Shown in pieces: positions 11,870 through 24,389 of a stretch of DNA of 64,000 nucleotides. The notes beneath the pieces were generated by a model, which saw only the letters and a list, made by a program, of their open reading frames with translations, had not been told where the DNA came from and did not search any database. A program made the translations under genes and the position numbers. This DNA comes from Guillardia theta CCMP2712 (lineage: Eukaryota; Protista; Cryptophyta), in contig NW_005434589.1 in NCBI RefSeq assembly GCF_000315625.1, positions 261,330 through 325,329 of the forward strand, read 5' to 3'. Each line of letters begins with the position of its first letter. Position 1 is the first letter of the stretch.

Positions 11870-12037
11870 AGCTGTCGGGAGATTTTTTCCTTTGAATGCA
11901 CTCTGACCTCTCTGGCTATCTTTGCTTCTTTGAGCTCCCGTCGTCAAAGTCCCACGGGAAAAACTCCGAGGGCGAGTGCTGCCGTTTACGCCCTGACGTG
12001 TCATACGTGATCTGTGAAAGATATTAGGGGAATATGA

Positions 12038-13430
12038 TCAAGCAAAAACCAGCGCATTAGAAAGATCGAAACGTTCTCCTTCTCCTCTGAACCTTTCCCC
12101 CCTCCTGCTCACCTCAGCAAATTGATCATCAAAATTTGTTTGGTTATCGAGCGTTGGCCACTCGGTCTGAGTGTTATAGGTATCGCCCTTGTAAGCTGCT
12201 TCCTCCTCGGCAAAGGCATCGCTTCCCTTAATCTGCTCGCATGGAATTACCAAACAGCAATGAAGAGAGGTCCCCATACCTCGCGCATCAGATTCTGAAG
12301 ACTGGTGGACGATGAGTTCCACATCTCCTCGTAGAACCCGACCTGTGCCGTTAGTCAGGATTTCAACTGTCACCAACACTACTGAGGATTTCTGACGGAA
12401 GTGGCAGAGGTGAAAATGAATCAAAGAAACTCATACCATCAATCGCCGAAGAGTTCGCATCGCAGGGACTCTGATCAACTCCACTGAGTGTCTGTTGACA
12501 AAGTTGTATCAGCTCATGGCACAAGGTAAAGGCGATCGGAGATCGTCGACATGCGCACCTTGACAGCCGCTCAACGGTCGGGAGAGCTTCTCGGATGATA
12601 ATCGGACCAACCTCCTCCAGCCGATCGAGAGTTAATTGCTGCAGAATGAAAGCTGCCTGTTTCCCCAAGCTCGCATCAGGTACATGGGAAATCATCTTAC
12701 AGATCTCACTTGGAAGAAACTGCTCAGTGTAGTGGGCGAAGTGCTTTCTCTGCTCACGAGCCGGTGGATCTGAGAGATTGCCTGCACCTTCGACATGCCT
12801 GTGAGACATCGAATGCAAGATGAATGCTCTTTACCTCAGTGTCCAGCAGGTACGACTGAAGGTGTTTCTGACAGTGAGGGCGATCAGTTGAAAAAGGAGC
12901 AGCAACATTACAAACATGTTCTGTTAGCGAACCCCATGATGCGAGAGCTTCAGCCTGCATGCTGCATGAGCGGGTCCAACAGAACAAATTCATCGCTCAC
13001 TTGATGCACAATCATATCAGATTGCAGCAAGCGACATGTTGTCTTCAAAACACCCTGCAAGTTCCTCTCACTTCATGAAGATGGCATTTTCCTGCTCTTG
13101 CTACCTTCTTGAGCAACTCCTCCCTGATACTCTCCTGCACATTTGAGCTCTGTCAGCTCCCCAACAGATCAAATCTGGAAAGGAAATATTTACCTCTTTT
13201 AACATTTCACAGAAAGCCCTTCCAGCCTGTTGATGGTTTTAGGGACTAATCAATGACCCAATTTAGCAACCTGGCGCGCAACCATGTTGCTTCGGCTTTG
13301 TCCCAGAGCAACCATTCGATCCAAAAACTGGACACAGAATCGTCAAAATGAACGGCAGACGAAGCTCAGCTTGATTCAAGTCCAAGAGATTTCCAACTCA
13401 CATGTTTGTTCTGGGATATTGCATGACGAT
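12038..13430 (-). CDS. hypothetical helical (possibly HEAT/ARM-like) protein, multi-exon
   Basis: several open exons with GT-AG boundaries and Leu-rich helical composition; no recognised motif. Confidence 0.45.
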
Positions 13431-13751
13431 GAGCTTTCACCAACGTAATCCGATACATCGCAAGTCCAACGAAATTCAGAACCTAAAACGTGACGTCAGG
13501 ATGATAAGTAGTGTATAAAGGCTTGGGCCTGACTTTGACGTTTTGTGACTCTGATAACTCGGCTAAAGCTCGAAAAACGCCTCCCTGTCCAAATCACATC
13601 ATTCTTCTGAGAAAAGCTGATTCAAGGGATTCTCACAACCAAATGAATCAATTTGAAAATGATCTCAGGGGATACAGAAAGATCAGACGATTTACCTCCA
13701 CTAGTCGATCCCGGTATTCTCGTCGGAGTAAGCAATTCGCTTTGTGAAAAA

Positions 13752-16120
13752 TCAATCCACGCAGAGCACAAGAGAAGGTTTCAAAAAGTGCAAACCGATT
13801 AATTCCGCAGCTTGTTCTTGATCTTCTTGTCTAGCACTGTCATAGTCCAGAGCACAACAACAGCAAGGCGCAAAACAAAATGAAGTGATCAACCAAAATG
13901 TCAGAAAAGATGTCGCCTGATTTAGGACTCGATACCTGTATGCCATCGTGATCAAAGGTGCTACACCTCTGCCCAATATATCCACGTCCTCTGCAGAACA
14001 TTAAATATCAGCAACCAGAACATTTCAGACAAAAGCAACAAGAACCGGATTCTCCTGGCGTGGTTGCTGCCAGCAGTAGCGGAGCCTGGCGATCAGTCCC
14101 GTCAGCTGCAGACTAGTACTCAAATGGTACATTACTTGCTCTCCAGATCCTGAGGAGTTGAGAAGGACAGAGTAGAACGCATGAGATACACCCTCCTACA
14201 ACAAGGAAGACTTCAGCTTCAAGCTTCTATCTTACAAGAATCTGAACCTGCTCCCTCACTCTTCTGAGAGCCTGCATACCCCACATTCAGAATCAATCAT
14301 GTAGAATCAGGATCCTTGCCTGAAGGTTGTGATTCAGTGGACGCGACGGCGCTGTGTTGTAAGCGATCCATGGGTGCTGCAATGCTCGCTCTGTTCTGTG
14401 GTCACTTTGGAATTCCAGCGATCCTCGATTGTATCACCTGCTGTCATCCTCTGCTTCGGATCTCTGCGCAGTAACTGTCGGATGAAATCCTGTGCAAAAG
14501 AACAGATGTCATATGTCACACACTTCGATTAAGCCATTTGCTCATACCTTGGCTTCTGGAGAAACGCGATCAAGGTACTGTTCACTGTAGTTGCACTCAG
14601 AAATCTTCTTGTACAAAATTTCTCTGTGTCGATGCCTGCAACCTGCATAAGCGGTGCAAAAGCGTTTTGTGTATCACATAATCAGCCAATCTCACCGTGA
14701 GATTGGCTGATTATCTTTGTCTCTGTCCGGGACAGAGAAAGGGAAAACCCCAGACATCCAAGTGTACACCAACACTCCAACACTCCACATGTCCGCTGAA
14801 GTGTCGTAGCCCGTACTCTCAATCACCTTGCACAACTTTCAGGCCTGATAAATCATGGATGCACCTTACTTCGGGAGCCACATACTCGGGAGTTCCTCGA
14901 CCGGCAACCAGCTTGTCGCCCCTCCTACATAGACGAATTTCTATCAGGTCACAGTCAGCAGAGATGACGAACTCGCCTCAGTAGCTGAGCAAGACCAAAA
15001 TCAGCTAACTTCAATTCGGAGTCCGGGTCCCGTGAAGCAAATAGAATATTCTCACACTTGATGTCACAATGAACCAACCCACGTTTGTGGCAATGTGCAA
15101 GTGCCGACAGGATCTGTCTGCAGTAACGAACGGCAGCTGCTTCGGTAAAAACCCCATCGCTGTGAACCTTTTCCACGATATCCCCCCCATGGGCCAGTTC
15201 AAGGACCAGGCACAATGCTCGATCTTCATCGAAATAATCTTTGAGCTGGATGATATTCTTGTGGTCTACCATCTTGAGGATCTCTGCGTGCATCGGATTC
15301 GCCTCTGCAGCAGTTACTTCGTTCTTCACGATGATCTTGAATGCAACCTCTTCACCCGTCAATTTAGAGAAGCCTCGCCAAACCGTGGCGTAATTACCCC
15401 CACCCATCTTGACCTTCCTCCCATCAGGAGTACGATAAAAATCATAATGGTCTAGAAGCCTACGTTTCATGGCGCCACCGTTGTTAGGTTGAGGCGCTGA
15501 CTGTGAAGGATTCGGCATGGCAGCGACAGGCTGAGAGTGAAACCCAGGAAGTCCATGCCAGCTGACAGCCACTTGATTTTGCATACCGCCATTCCCCTGT
15601 GGCATCATATGTTGCTGCATTGATTGATTATTGTCCACAATCTATTCATGGAACGAGTCAGGCATAGACAAAACGATTGATCCCGAATACACAGATCTTG
15701 AAAGATTCGCGACTCAAGCTCAACGACAGCGTTTACGAGACGAGGCTTTGATTACATCAAAATTCAAAACAATTCGATATCAAGATCATATGAGGAGGGA
15801 GCTGATGTTAAAGGGGCAGCAGCATTCACAACAAGCTTCACTACCACAAAGCAACGGCTCAGCATACGAGCAAGAAACATGCTACAACCAAGCAACGAGG
15901 GGCAGATAACAAGTTAATCAGATTAGAGGATAGATGGCCAGATTAGAATATGAGAGCCATGATTCACCTGAGAATTTCCCATGTGTGTTCCCCCTTGATT
16001 CTGGTACATGTAGCCCCCATCGGAATTTCCGACTGGGACCATATTGCTGTTTGGCATCTGATAGTTCTGCATCTCACCCATTCCTTGCTGGTAGTAGCCA
16101 TACTGATTAGACCCGTCCAT
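13752..16120 (-). CDS. CaMK-group Ser/Thr protein kinase with Gln/Asn/Met-rich N-terminus, multi-exon
   Basis: MGGGNYATV, VAFKII, HCDIKCEN, KLADFGLA, GTPEYVAPEV, ADMWSVGV, DFIRQLLRRDPKQRMTA, LQHPWI; 3' end uncertain. Confidence 0.92.
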
Positions 16121-16399
16121 GTTGCTGACAAGTCCTTTCCCTGCCCAGAGCGCACAAACTATTCGGAACCCTCCCGCTGGGGTTGGCCCGCAAACAGGTA
16201 CCTTCTTCTTCCCTCAAGTTGTGTCAGACAGCACATGAAGGTTGCATCTCTTTCACACTCATTCTTGCAAGCACTGCGGGTAAGAGAACAAAGGTGTGGA
16301 GGTGTAGGAGGACGAGGAGAATGTGGACTGCTGTTGCCGACCAGCCAAGATCGCCATGCGCGGTCTGCAGCCTCAGACTTGGTTTGGAGGCAAATACTG

Positions 16400-16835
16400 G
16401 TGGGGGTAGTCATTCCTAGAGGGTGGGGGTAATCAGTGCAGTTGTGGGGGTACTATCCAGTGACCGAACAGGGGTACCTTGACATAGTTAATTGAGGGTC
16501 ATGGTGGTCTGTGAAGGGTGGGACGAATCAACTTCGTTCCTTCAGGGGGTGGTCCATCGGGAATCCAGGGTGCAAGTAGGGTACATGTGTATTTCGTGGG
16601 GTGGGGTCGATAAGCAGAAGGTAGGGGTAGAAAAAAACATGAACGGGTAGGGTATGGAAAGTGTTCAAAGACACAGGGGTGGGTAGAACAATTCAGGGAG
16701 TGATGGGGTACACCACAAAGCCAATTTTTGATGGTTTAAAATAGGTAAGGCAGTGAAATCTGCATAAAACCTGGGTAGGGGTACTATTTAAGGGGTAGGG
16801 GTAGTCACCCACAGGGTGCATCCAGGGAGCGAGAG
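16400..16835. promoter_or_regulatory. G-rich GGGGTA(G/C) motif field upstream of kinase
   Basis: many GGG(G)T(A/G) words; non-coding. Regulatory role is inferred. Confidence 0.4.
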
Positions 16836-16915
16836 TGGCAATGAGAACGAGTTCTGTGAGAGCTTGCGGTGATGCATGTATGGTGTGAACCACTCAGTGC
16901 CAAAATTCTTTTCTA

Positions 16916-18070
16916 TTAAACAGCTACACAACTCATCGGTCTCGGATTATCAACATTGCAGCTTCTAATCCCCATATCCTCTAACATCATCATGTTACTA
17001 CCCATTTCATAAACATCCTTGTTGTTATCTTGATTAAATTCTTCTGTCTGGTCTGACATTTCATCCGGCAGTTGTGAAGGCCAAACACTCCACAATGCCA
17101 CATCCTTTGTGCCGCAATGTACATTGGCTCCTGTGTTGCTACAATCTCGGCTCTCCCATTCGTGCGGTAAACGCTCTGCCTCTTCATCGTCTTGTTCGCA
17201 GTCCATTTTCCCCGAGGGTACCACTGATGACAGAGAAGAGGAATTCGCAAAAGAAGCCTTTCTCAGTATGTCTTTAACGATCTTGTCCGGAGGTTGATAC
17301 AACACAACAGCATACACTTTCGAAACAAAAAATTATTCTTCAAGAACCATCAAAACAATCTCACTTACTGTTGTTCGCGCTGGTCGGTGGTAGAAATGCT
17401 TTTGCAGGTTCCAATAGATGATCCTGCATAGTGATCTGCAGTACAGTTGAAGGTCAGGTTATTCTAGTGGCATACAAAGACATGGGGCAACCTTGCTACA
17501 CTGTCCAAGCTTTCGAGCAAAATCTTCGGTATTCAAAAGCGTTGTCCCAGTACCCATACCCCTGCCAAGAAATCAGGATACTATGCACCGCCAGACTCCA
17601 CAAACACATTACCCGCTGCCTGTTACTGTGCTGCATAAATCCCTGACAAATGAATCCTGGTGCCTTGTTTTATGTCGTAGAGAAGGACTTGAATCGATTT
17701 GATCACATGAATTCGCACTATGAATTCCCATCCTGGATAATCCTCTTTCAACACACTGTTTCTTTGGTGGACTACATAACGACAAGCTATCCAATGCCTA
17801 TACAGCCATTGAAATATCATCAAGAAAGTGCACACAGCATGAAAATTTAACACTTACATTTCGCACGTCCTTGATGTCGACGACGTTCGGACCCCTTGTA
17901 GCTTTAGACAAGTTTTCTTGCACTATCCCAGGATAAGATTCCATCTCTACTTCACATCGCTTCCTCGACTTGAACCTTTGGAGCATATCTGAATTGCCGT
18001 TGCTCATGGACAGGAATTCTCTCATTCTGTCATTCGAGCTCTCATCTACTGCGACGGCTGTTGCCAACAT
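16916..18070 (-). CDS. hypothetical protein, multi-exon
   Basis: Exons MLATAVAVDE..DVRN|ALDSLSLCSPPKK..GSG|..|..AVVLYQPPDKIVKDIL..; canonical GTAAGT...ATAG intron near 17800-17858. Confidence 0.55.
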
Positions 18071-18084
18071 CTCCCACAAATCCA

Positions 18085-18445
18085 CACCGCACCCTGCCCT
18101 ATAAAAGCACCCCTACCTACCAAAGTTTTAACCCACCAGGTAATTTTATGACCCACCACAGAATGGAACATTCTAGATGACCCTATCACGGTGGGTACCC
18201 CACCTTTACCCAGCTTTCCCAGGGAAAGACTTGTATCATGATTCAGCAAGATTTCCCTACCCCTGAAAATATTACCCTACCCTTATTTCGACCCCCACAA
18301 ATTTTGAAGTACCCCTCGTTTTGGGGCCCATCCACAAATCAGCTGAACCGAAGGTACCCTACCCCTCTAACCCCCGCATAATCGAACAATGCACCCTACC
18401 CTAGACAACAAAGCTACTTTCTGAGGATATAACCCCACCCCCTTT
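18085..18445. promoter_or_regulatory. C-rich (C/G)TACCC motif field between divergent genes
   Basis: many ccctaccc, gtacccc and acccacc words; reverse-complement texture of 16400-16835. Regulatory role is inferred. Confidence 0.4.
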
Positions 18446-18820
18446 TGTTCATGGACCTTTTACGGATGATTCACAGGGCTTGCTGGACAAGCTCAGGTAG
18501 CTCCTAGATCTTCCTACACTATTGGTGCATATATCAAAATGCCATTTCCTTACCTTCTTCATCCAGTCAACCACCCAAAGTTTCTACCACCGGTACTTTT
18601 GTAGAACATCTCGAAGAAGGAACTTTCCATGAATTCACAACGTTGGAACTTCTGCTGGCCGGCCCGGCCCAAAAGTCCCGGCCTGCGCGAGTTAAAAGCC
18701 GCTAAAGTTTGAAACTTTGATGGTATAGTTCAATAAAGTTCAATAATGAGATGCAGAAGTTTCAAAGTTCAAAACACGCTGCGTTTCCCCACCGACATCG
18801 GGTGTAAAAGCGTAAGCGCC

Positions 18821-19863
18821 ATGGTCAGCGCTATAATGCTCGCCGCGTTTGCGATGCTCTTTTGCCCATCGCAGAGCTTCCGCCTGTCAAGTCTCCCGAC
18901 TGCTATGATCAGATACAAGTCTGTTGCAGACGTTACGCCAACGACAAGACCGGTCGTCTCAAGGCGTAGTTTGTGCAAGTTGAGTTGTCAGGCAGCGACA
19001 GGAATGTCAGACGAGGAGGAGGCGTCAAAGTCTTCTGTCCATGATGATTGTAATACTCTGAAGAGCAATCTTTTATTGGCTTGCTGCTTGTGTGATCGAG
19101 GATTCTCTGCGACAATGAAAGAGAGAGACGAGATATCGAAATTGATCTCAAAGTTGGAACGGATAAAATATTTCTCCGAACCAACCTTAGGCGTCAATGG
19201 AGACAACGAAGTTTGTCATCTCAAGGGTGTTTGGAGACTTGTGTACACGTCTGCCATCGATGTACTCAACCTTGCAGCGAGTCCTTTCACATCTGCTGGA
19301 GCAATCTATCAGGATATCAGGCGACCGCCCGAAATCGTCAACGTTATCGACCAGGTTCCGCGTGCATTATCCTTGCTACCTCCCTCAAGGTCCATTGAGA
19401 GTACATTGAGATTGAAAGTCACGACGCGAGCCAAGGCAAGAAGCCCCACGAGAGTGGCGTTAAGCTTCGAGAGGGTGAAAGTTGAACCCCGCACGCTGCT
19501 CGGGCAAGACGTCAGTTTTCTCCCCTCGCCGCAGATTGATCTTCCAAGAATAAGTCTCTTCGATGGAAGCGATGAGAGTCCAGCATACTTCGGTGCGAAC
19601 TGAGCGTCTTCTTACTTCCCCTTGCTTTGATTGGTTTGCTTGATAACTCCATTGACCTGCCGTGGGTCTGTTCACTCATTGCATCTTGCAGATATACTTT
19701 TTCTCGACAAGGATTTATTGATTATCAAGCAAAATACAGCTGGGCCTGGAGTTGAAGGTGCGACAATTTGGAAGTGCCATTATGGTTCATACTTTACACA
19801 TTTACAGGAGGAATCTTTGTTTCAAGAAAGGTTGACCCCGAGGAGGAGCCGATCCCTTTGTAG
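18821..19863 (+). CDS. plastid lipid-associated PAP/fibrillin family protein with bipartite presequence
   Basis: LKSNLL..DRGF..ISKLE..LKGVWRLVYTS..IYQ..AYF/DILFLDKDLLIIK; signal peptide MVSAIMLAAFAMLFCPSQS-F followed by Ser/Arg-rich transit peptide; two 3' introns. Confidence 0.88.
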
Positions 19864-19945
19864 ACCCAAATGTAGCATACTCTTCTTAGAGGAAATTTGT
19901 TCCTTGGTCATTCAAAGAATGATTCACTGGTGCATGTGAAGCCTG

Positions 19946-20712
19946 TCAGGACTCATCAACTCCTGGTTTCACTTTCTTGTGGGGCTGCTCCAGGTGTTCT
20001 TCAGAATTTATCGCATCTTCGACCGTCGAGCTCCTCTTGCGAGACTGCTGTTTGACACGATGGAGTGCCTGGCCGTATCTGGCCTGAATCTCCTCCATCA
20101 ACGCGGAGTCGTCGTCAGACGCAATCGCGTCGGGGATTCGGGAGTATCTCGACAGCAGCTCCTCCTGAGTCTCGTTCGCTGCGAGCATGTCGTCCTCTGA
20201 GACTGAGATCGGAAAGAAATTCGTTGCTTCTTTGTTCAGGCCAGTTTCTGTTGACATGGGCCCGTCCAAGTCGCCTGCATCGGACATCTCTTCCTCAAGG
20301 ATCTGCCATCCAAGGGTCACTCACACAACTTGGTGAAGCACATACGAGCGGTTCAATAGCGCACCTCTCTGCGAATGTCGAACCCGTGTACCGTATCATC
20401 TGATGAGTTGAAGCTACTGTGCGTGTCTGACGAATTGTCCATCATGGCTTCCTTGAGCTCCTTGTACTCATCGAAGACGAACTCCGAGCCTGCACCCTGT
20501 TGAGAGTAAGGGGGCAAGACGGTGCGTGCATTCGCAGTCGAAGCCGGCTGCCTCATGAGGTACTCGTAGTCGATGTCTTGCTTGCCATGCATGGCCTCTG
20601 AGACATCAAACCCCCCTCCTCGGAGGGAAAGCCTCCACAGCATCCTGCCGCTCCCGGCATGCAGAAGAAGTAGCAATGAGGCGAGTTTCAACGAGCGCAT
20701 GCAGGCGAGCAT
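19946..20712 (-). CDS. hypothetical acidic protein with signal peptide and LRGG motif (2 exons)
   Basis: MLACMRSLKLASLLLLLHAGSG..LSLRGGG; intron ~20305-20365. Confidence 0.6.
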
Positions 20713-21566
20713 AGCGAGGCCTCAGGGTCGAGTAGCGTCAGGACATCTCGTCTTCATACTGCAGGGGATCGTTGCCATGGCGCATTCAGCGGCCTGAGGC
20801 GCATGGCACCCACCACCCATCCCTTTCAGAGCATGAAGGGGTAATACAGGTAGAAGTGGGGGGAGGGGAGGATAACCCCCAGGTATTAGAGGCAGACCTA
20901 TCAAATTGAGTGAGTTAGGAGGGTAGGGGCACTGGTGGTTGGTGCGGGTGTGAGCTGGCGCCAACTGAATGCCGCTGAGCTGATGGCTGCAGCAAAGCGA
21001 CGGGAGGAAGCAGAAGGGAGGGGAAGGGAGGGGAGGAGACGTTTGAGAACGAAGATAGAGATGAGGAGAGGAGGAGATGAGAAAGAGATCAAGGGAGAGC
21101 TGGAGAGACAGCGATATAGCAAGGAGTTGTGATCATCATGGAGATTGAGTAGCAAGGGCAGACGCACAGAAGTATAGGAAGGATTTCATTCCACTGCAGT
21201 CGGAAGCTAGGAGCATGCATCTGCGTCTGCTGGTCTGTGCGAGTATGCCACCAGTTGACCCCATAGGTTGCTCTTGAATGTGTGGAAGAGGGACTGATGC
21301 ATGTCGAGAAGCATTTGCGAAGATTTCGCTTCCTTGCATGATAGTTGCTCAAAGATGATGGCAATAAGCAGCATAGTTCAAGCAGACAATATGGCTTGTC
21401 CTGCAGTCAAACTGAGAGAATAGAAATACCCACAGCAAACTTTCTCTGAGAGATGACAAACAGGCTAACGAAACCTTTTCATTGCCAGGAGATCTGTTGT
21501 GGAATAAAGGGAAAGTGTAACATAGAGGACATTTGAAACAAGGGAAGAAACCGCAAAACAATCAAA

Positions 21567-22489
21567 ATGTATGAGCAACAGCCTAAGTTGCACTCAGTTG
21601 TCATGGGTGCCCAGCAGCAGAACGCAGGCAACTTACAGTTCATGGACACATCAACCTTTGATGGACGGTACAGCTCGGGACAAGCAGGAGCAAGCGCTTA
21701 CTATCCCTCAGAGTATTCAGGCAACATCGGAGGGAATATGAGCACGAACTTTGAGGATGAGCCTCCTCTACTGGAAGAGCTGGGGATCGACTTCGACAAG
21801 ATCAAGCAGAAGACCATCTCAGTTCTGAACCCCTTGAAGAAAGTTACTAAGGACATGATCTACTCCCCGGGCAACGACGGGGAGCCCATTGCCGACTCGG
21901 ACATGGCAGGGCCGATTCTGATTGCTTTGATGCTGGGAGGGGCGATGCTGCTGCGGGGCAAGGTAACGCCCAGAGGTTTGACGCTGCGCTGGTAATGGTG
22001 TGGAACAGGTTCATTTCGGTTACATCTATGGAGTCGGGCTTGTGGGTTGCGGATCACTTTGGCTCGTGATGACGCTCATGTCACAAAAGGGGTTGGACAT
22101 CTATCAGGTGAAAGATCAACGATGAGAAATGGGACCGCTCAGTTTGACGCAGACGTCGTCTATTCTGGGGTATTGTTTGCTTCCAATGGTCTTGCTAGCC
22201 TTCTTCTCGGCCTTCTTCACAGCTACTGGCCATGTCATGACCGTTCTGACAGTTGTGACTGTTGCATGGTAGATGTCAATCTTTCACTCTGTCAAGGTTC
22301 CATTTGACATGTTCTAAAGGTGTACTATGCGATCAAGTGATATGATGGTTATTGCTATGGACGTTCAGAATGAAAAAGCCCTTGTCGCGTGAGAGATCTC
22401 TTATCTACATTGTTTGTCTGTCTAACATATTTGGTAGATATCCTATCGGGCTTTTCTATGCTTGCTTTGCTCTCATTTCAGTGTTCTAA
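21567..22489 (+). CDS. YIP1: Yip1 family Golgi/ER membrane protein (YIPF5/7-like)
   Basis: FEDEPPLLEELGIDF, SDMAGP, GK/VHFGYIYG, SILGYCLLPMV, AL VA/YPIGLFYACFALISVF; 5' end may extend upstream. Confidence 0.93.
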
Positions 22490-22519
22490 TCATTTTCACC
22501 TTTCACTTAAAGATAATAT

Positions 22520-24160
22520 CTACACAAGACACTTCTCCTGATGGCTTACATCTGTTCTTTTTAACAATACCCTTGTTTCCATGCGTCGAGAAGCTCCGAA
22601 GACGAGCTCAAACTCATTGAGATGTCGACAGGAACAATTTCTCTAGGCGAGTCATCCAAAGCATTTATGTCGAATGTCGAAGGCACCGCGCTCCATACCA
22701 CCTCGTCTCGGAGTTGATGAGATCGCTTTTCTCAAATTCAAACATTGGTTGGTGAGCCAAAGGAGTGATCACCTTGGTTGCCGTCACGTCAGGAAACGAG
22801 TCTTCGTGCTCCAGATCCCACTGCAAGATCTGCAAGTCCTCCTGCGTGTTTATCATCTCGCTTTGAATTGCCTTCGAAGCAGAAGGTGAGAGGTGTTTGC
22901 TTTAGATACAACATCTTACCTTAGCAACGCTCTGCCCCATGTGCAGTACTCTAATGTTGTTGACGAAATCCATATCACCAGCGTCGCTCTCTGTAGCGTA
23001 TCGGCCTGGCTTCCATCAGATTTGACTAAAAGGAAATGATGAGCAACCAGCTTGTCGTTGAGCTTTGTAATATTCGACTGATCCGACCCAAAGCAAGGTG
23101 TCAGAAGTTTGCTGATTGCTTGGGCCCTGAGTTGTAAACCAGTAAGCGACCGATTAGTGTAAATGAGGGTTCGTATTCTTACAGGGTCAACACTGTTATG
23201 CAGCTGTTCAGGAGAGACGAGCAGTCTAGGAGATTTGGTCAGTGACAACGAGCTCAGTCCTGACAAAGAAGCAGTCGAAAATGTGCTTGACGAAACTTCA
23301 CTTTCGGCTCCTGACGAAATCGAATGGATCGAGTGACTTGCTCTGGGAAGCCTTCTGTTCACTGTAGTATCCCGCAAACTTTCAGCCAACGACATCTCCT
23401 TCACAGAAATGTTCACCGACCTGCAATATCATTCACTCTTCCAAAAGGCATACAATACGAATCATCACATCGTTTGACCCGCTTGAAATCTCCTCGGATT
23501 CGCTGGGGCATTTCGTGGGACATGTCCTCTCAGCGCTTGTCCCAGTCTCACTCTGAGGATTAAAAGTTGTGAATCCCCAGGCAAGAGGGAATGAGAGTAA
23601 ACCTTTCAGTGCTGGGAACATCCTTGCCCGGCTGTTTTTGACCCCCCCTCTGAGTGGAGTCCTTTTGTGGCCTTCGGACCGAGGGCACTTGCGGCGGAGT
23701 GCTCACGGAAGGGTGTTGGTGAGCGCTACCTCGCTCAGTCACCCTACCCGGATCTCTCCGATGTACCTCCGGCAGTGCCGCGCCCATCACGAAAGTCCTT
23801 TGAGCCTCTCCTGCCCTGGGAAGAGGATTTCGCGGTCGTCCGCAGCTCTCGTTGATGGAGCGGTTTGACGGAGATGGAAAGGCCGGAGGCGCCTCCCTGC
23901 TTCCATCTCTTTGACTTGTCCTGGTTGAACGAGGCTCCTGTGCTATCCGCTCACCCGAACTTGTCTGCGCATGCGTTGAAAGGGGCTCAGGGGCTGGAGG
24001 AGGGAGGGACTGTGCCGATCCTTGAGCCTGCTCCGGCACATGCCCACGATCATGGACTTCGGCATTCAGGGTGCCATGGAGGGAGGGAGGGGCAGCTGTC
24101 TTGGAAAGCACTCTGATCACCATCTTCTCTCTCTCGAGCTCCACGTGCTGCCATGGCGGA
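22520..24160 (-). CDS. hypothetical Ser/Pro-rich protein, multi-exon (model uncertain)
   Basis: consecutive minus-strand ORFs 23560-24144, 22916-23416 and 22665-22856 with plausible splice sites. Confidence 0.35.
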
Positions 24161-24389
24161 AAGGTCTCTTGAAACCCGCCATGGGTCCCAAGAAGGAAAG
24201 TTTGGGGCAGCGATTTACTGATCTAACTGTATCTTGGCTGCTTCCAAAACATCACTATCAGAGTCTGAGGCACACTCGATATGAATAGTTCAAATGATCC
24301 TGCACAATTAGTCAATGTTTGACATCTTTATTTTCTTCCTCGTCGAGGTCCCTGGCATCGGAGGGTCGCCCAATGCCGACAAGCAGGGT

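Noticed and set aside
18099-18107. TATAAAAG box
   Set aside because: On the opposite strand to the adjacent gene and ~700 nt from the next plus-strand ATG; unsupported
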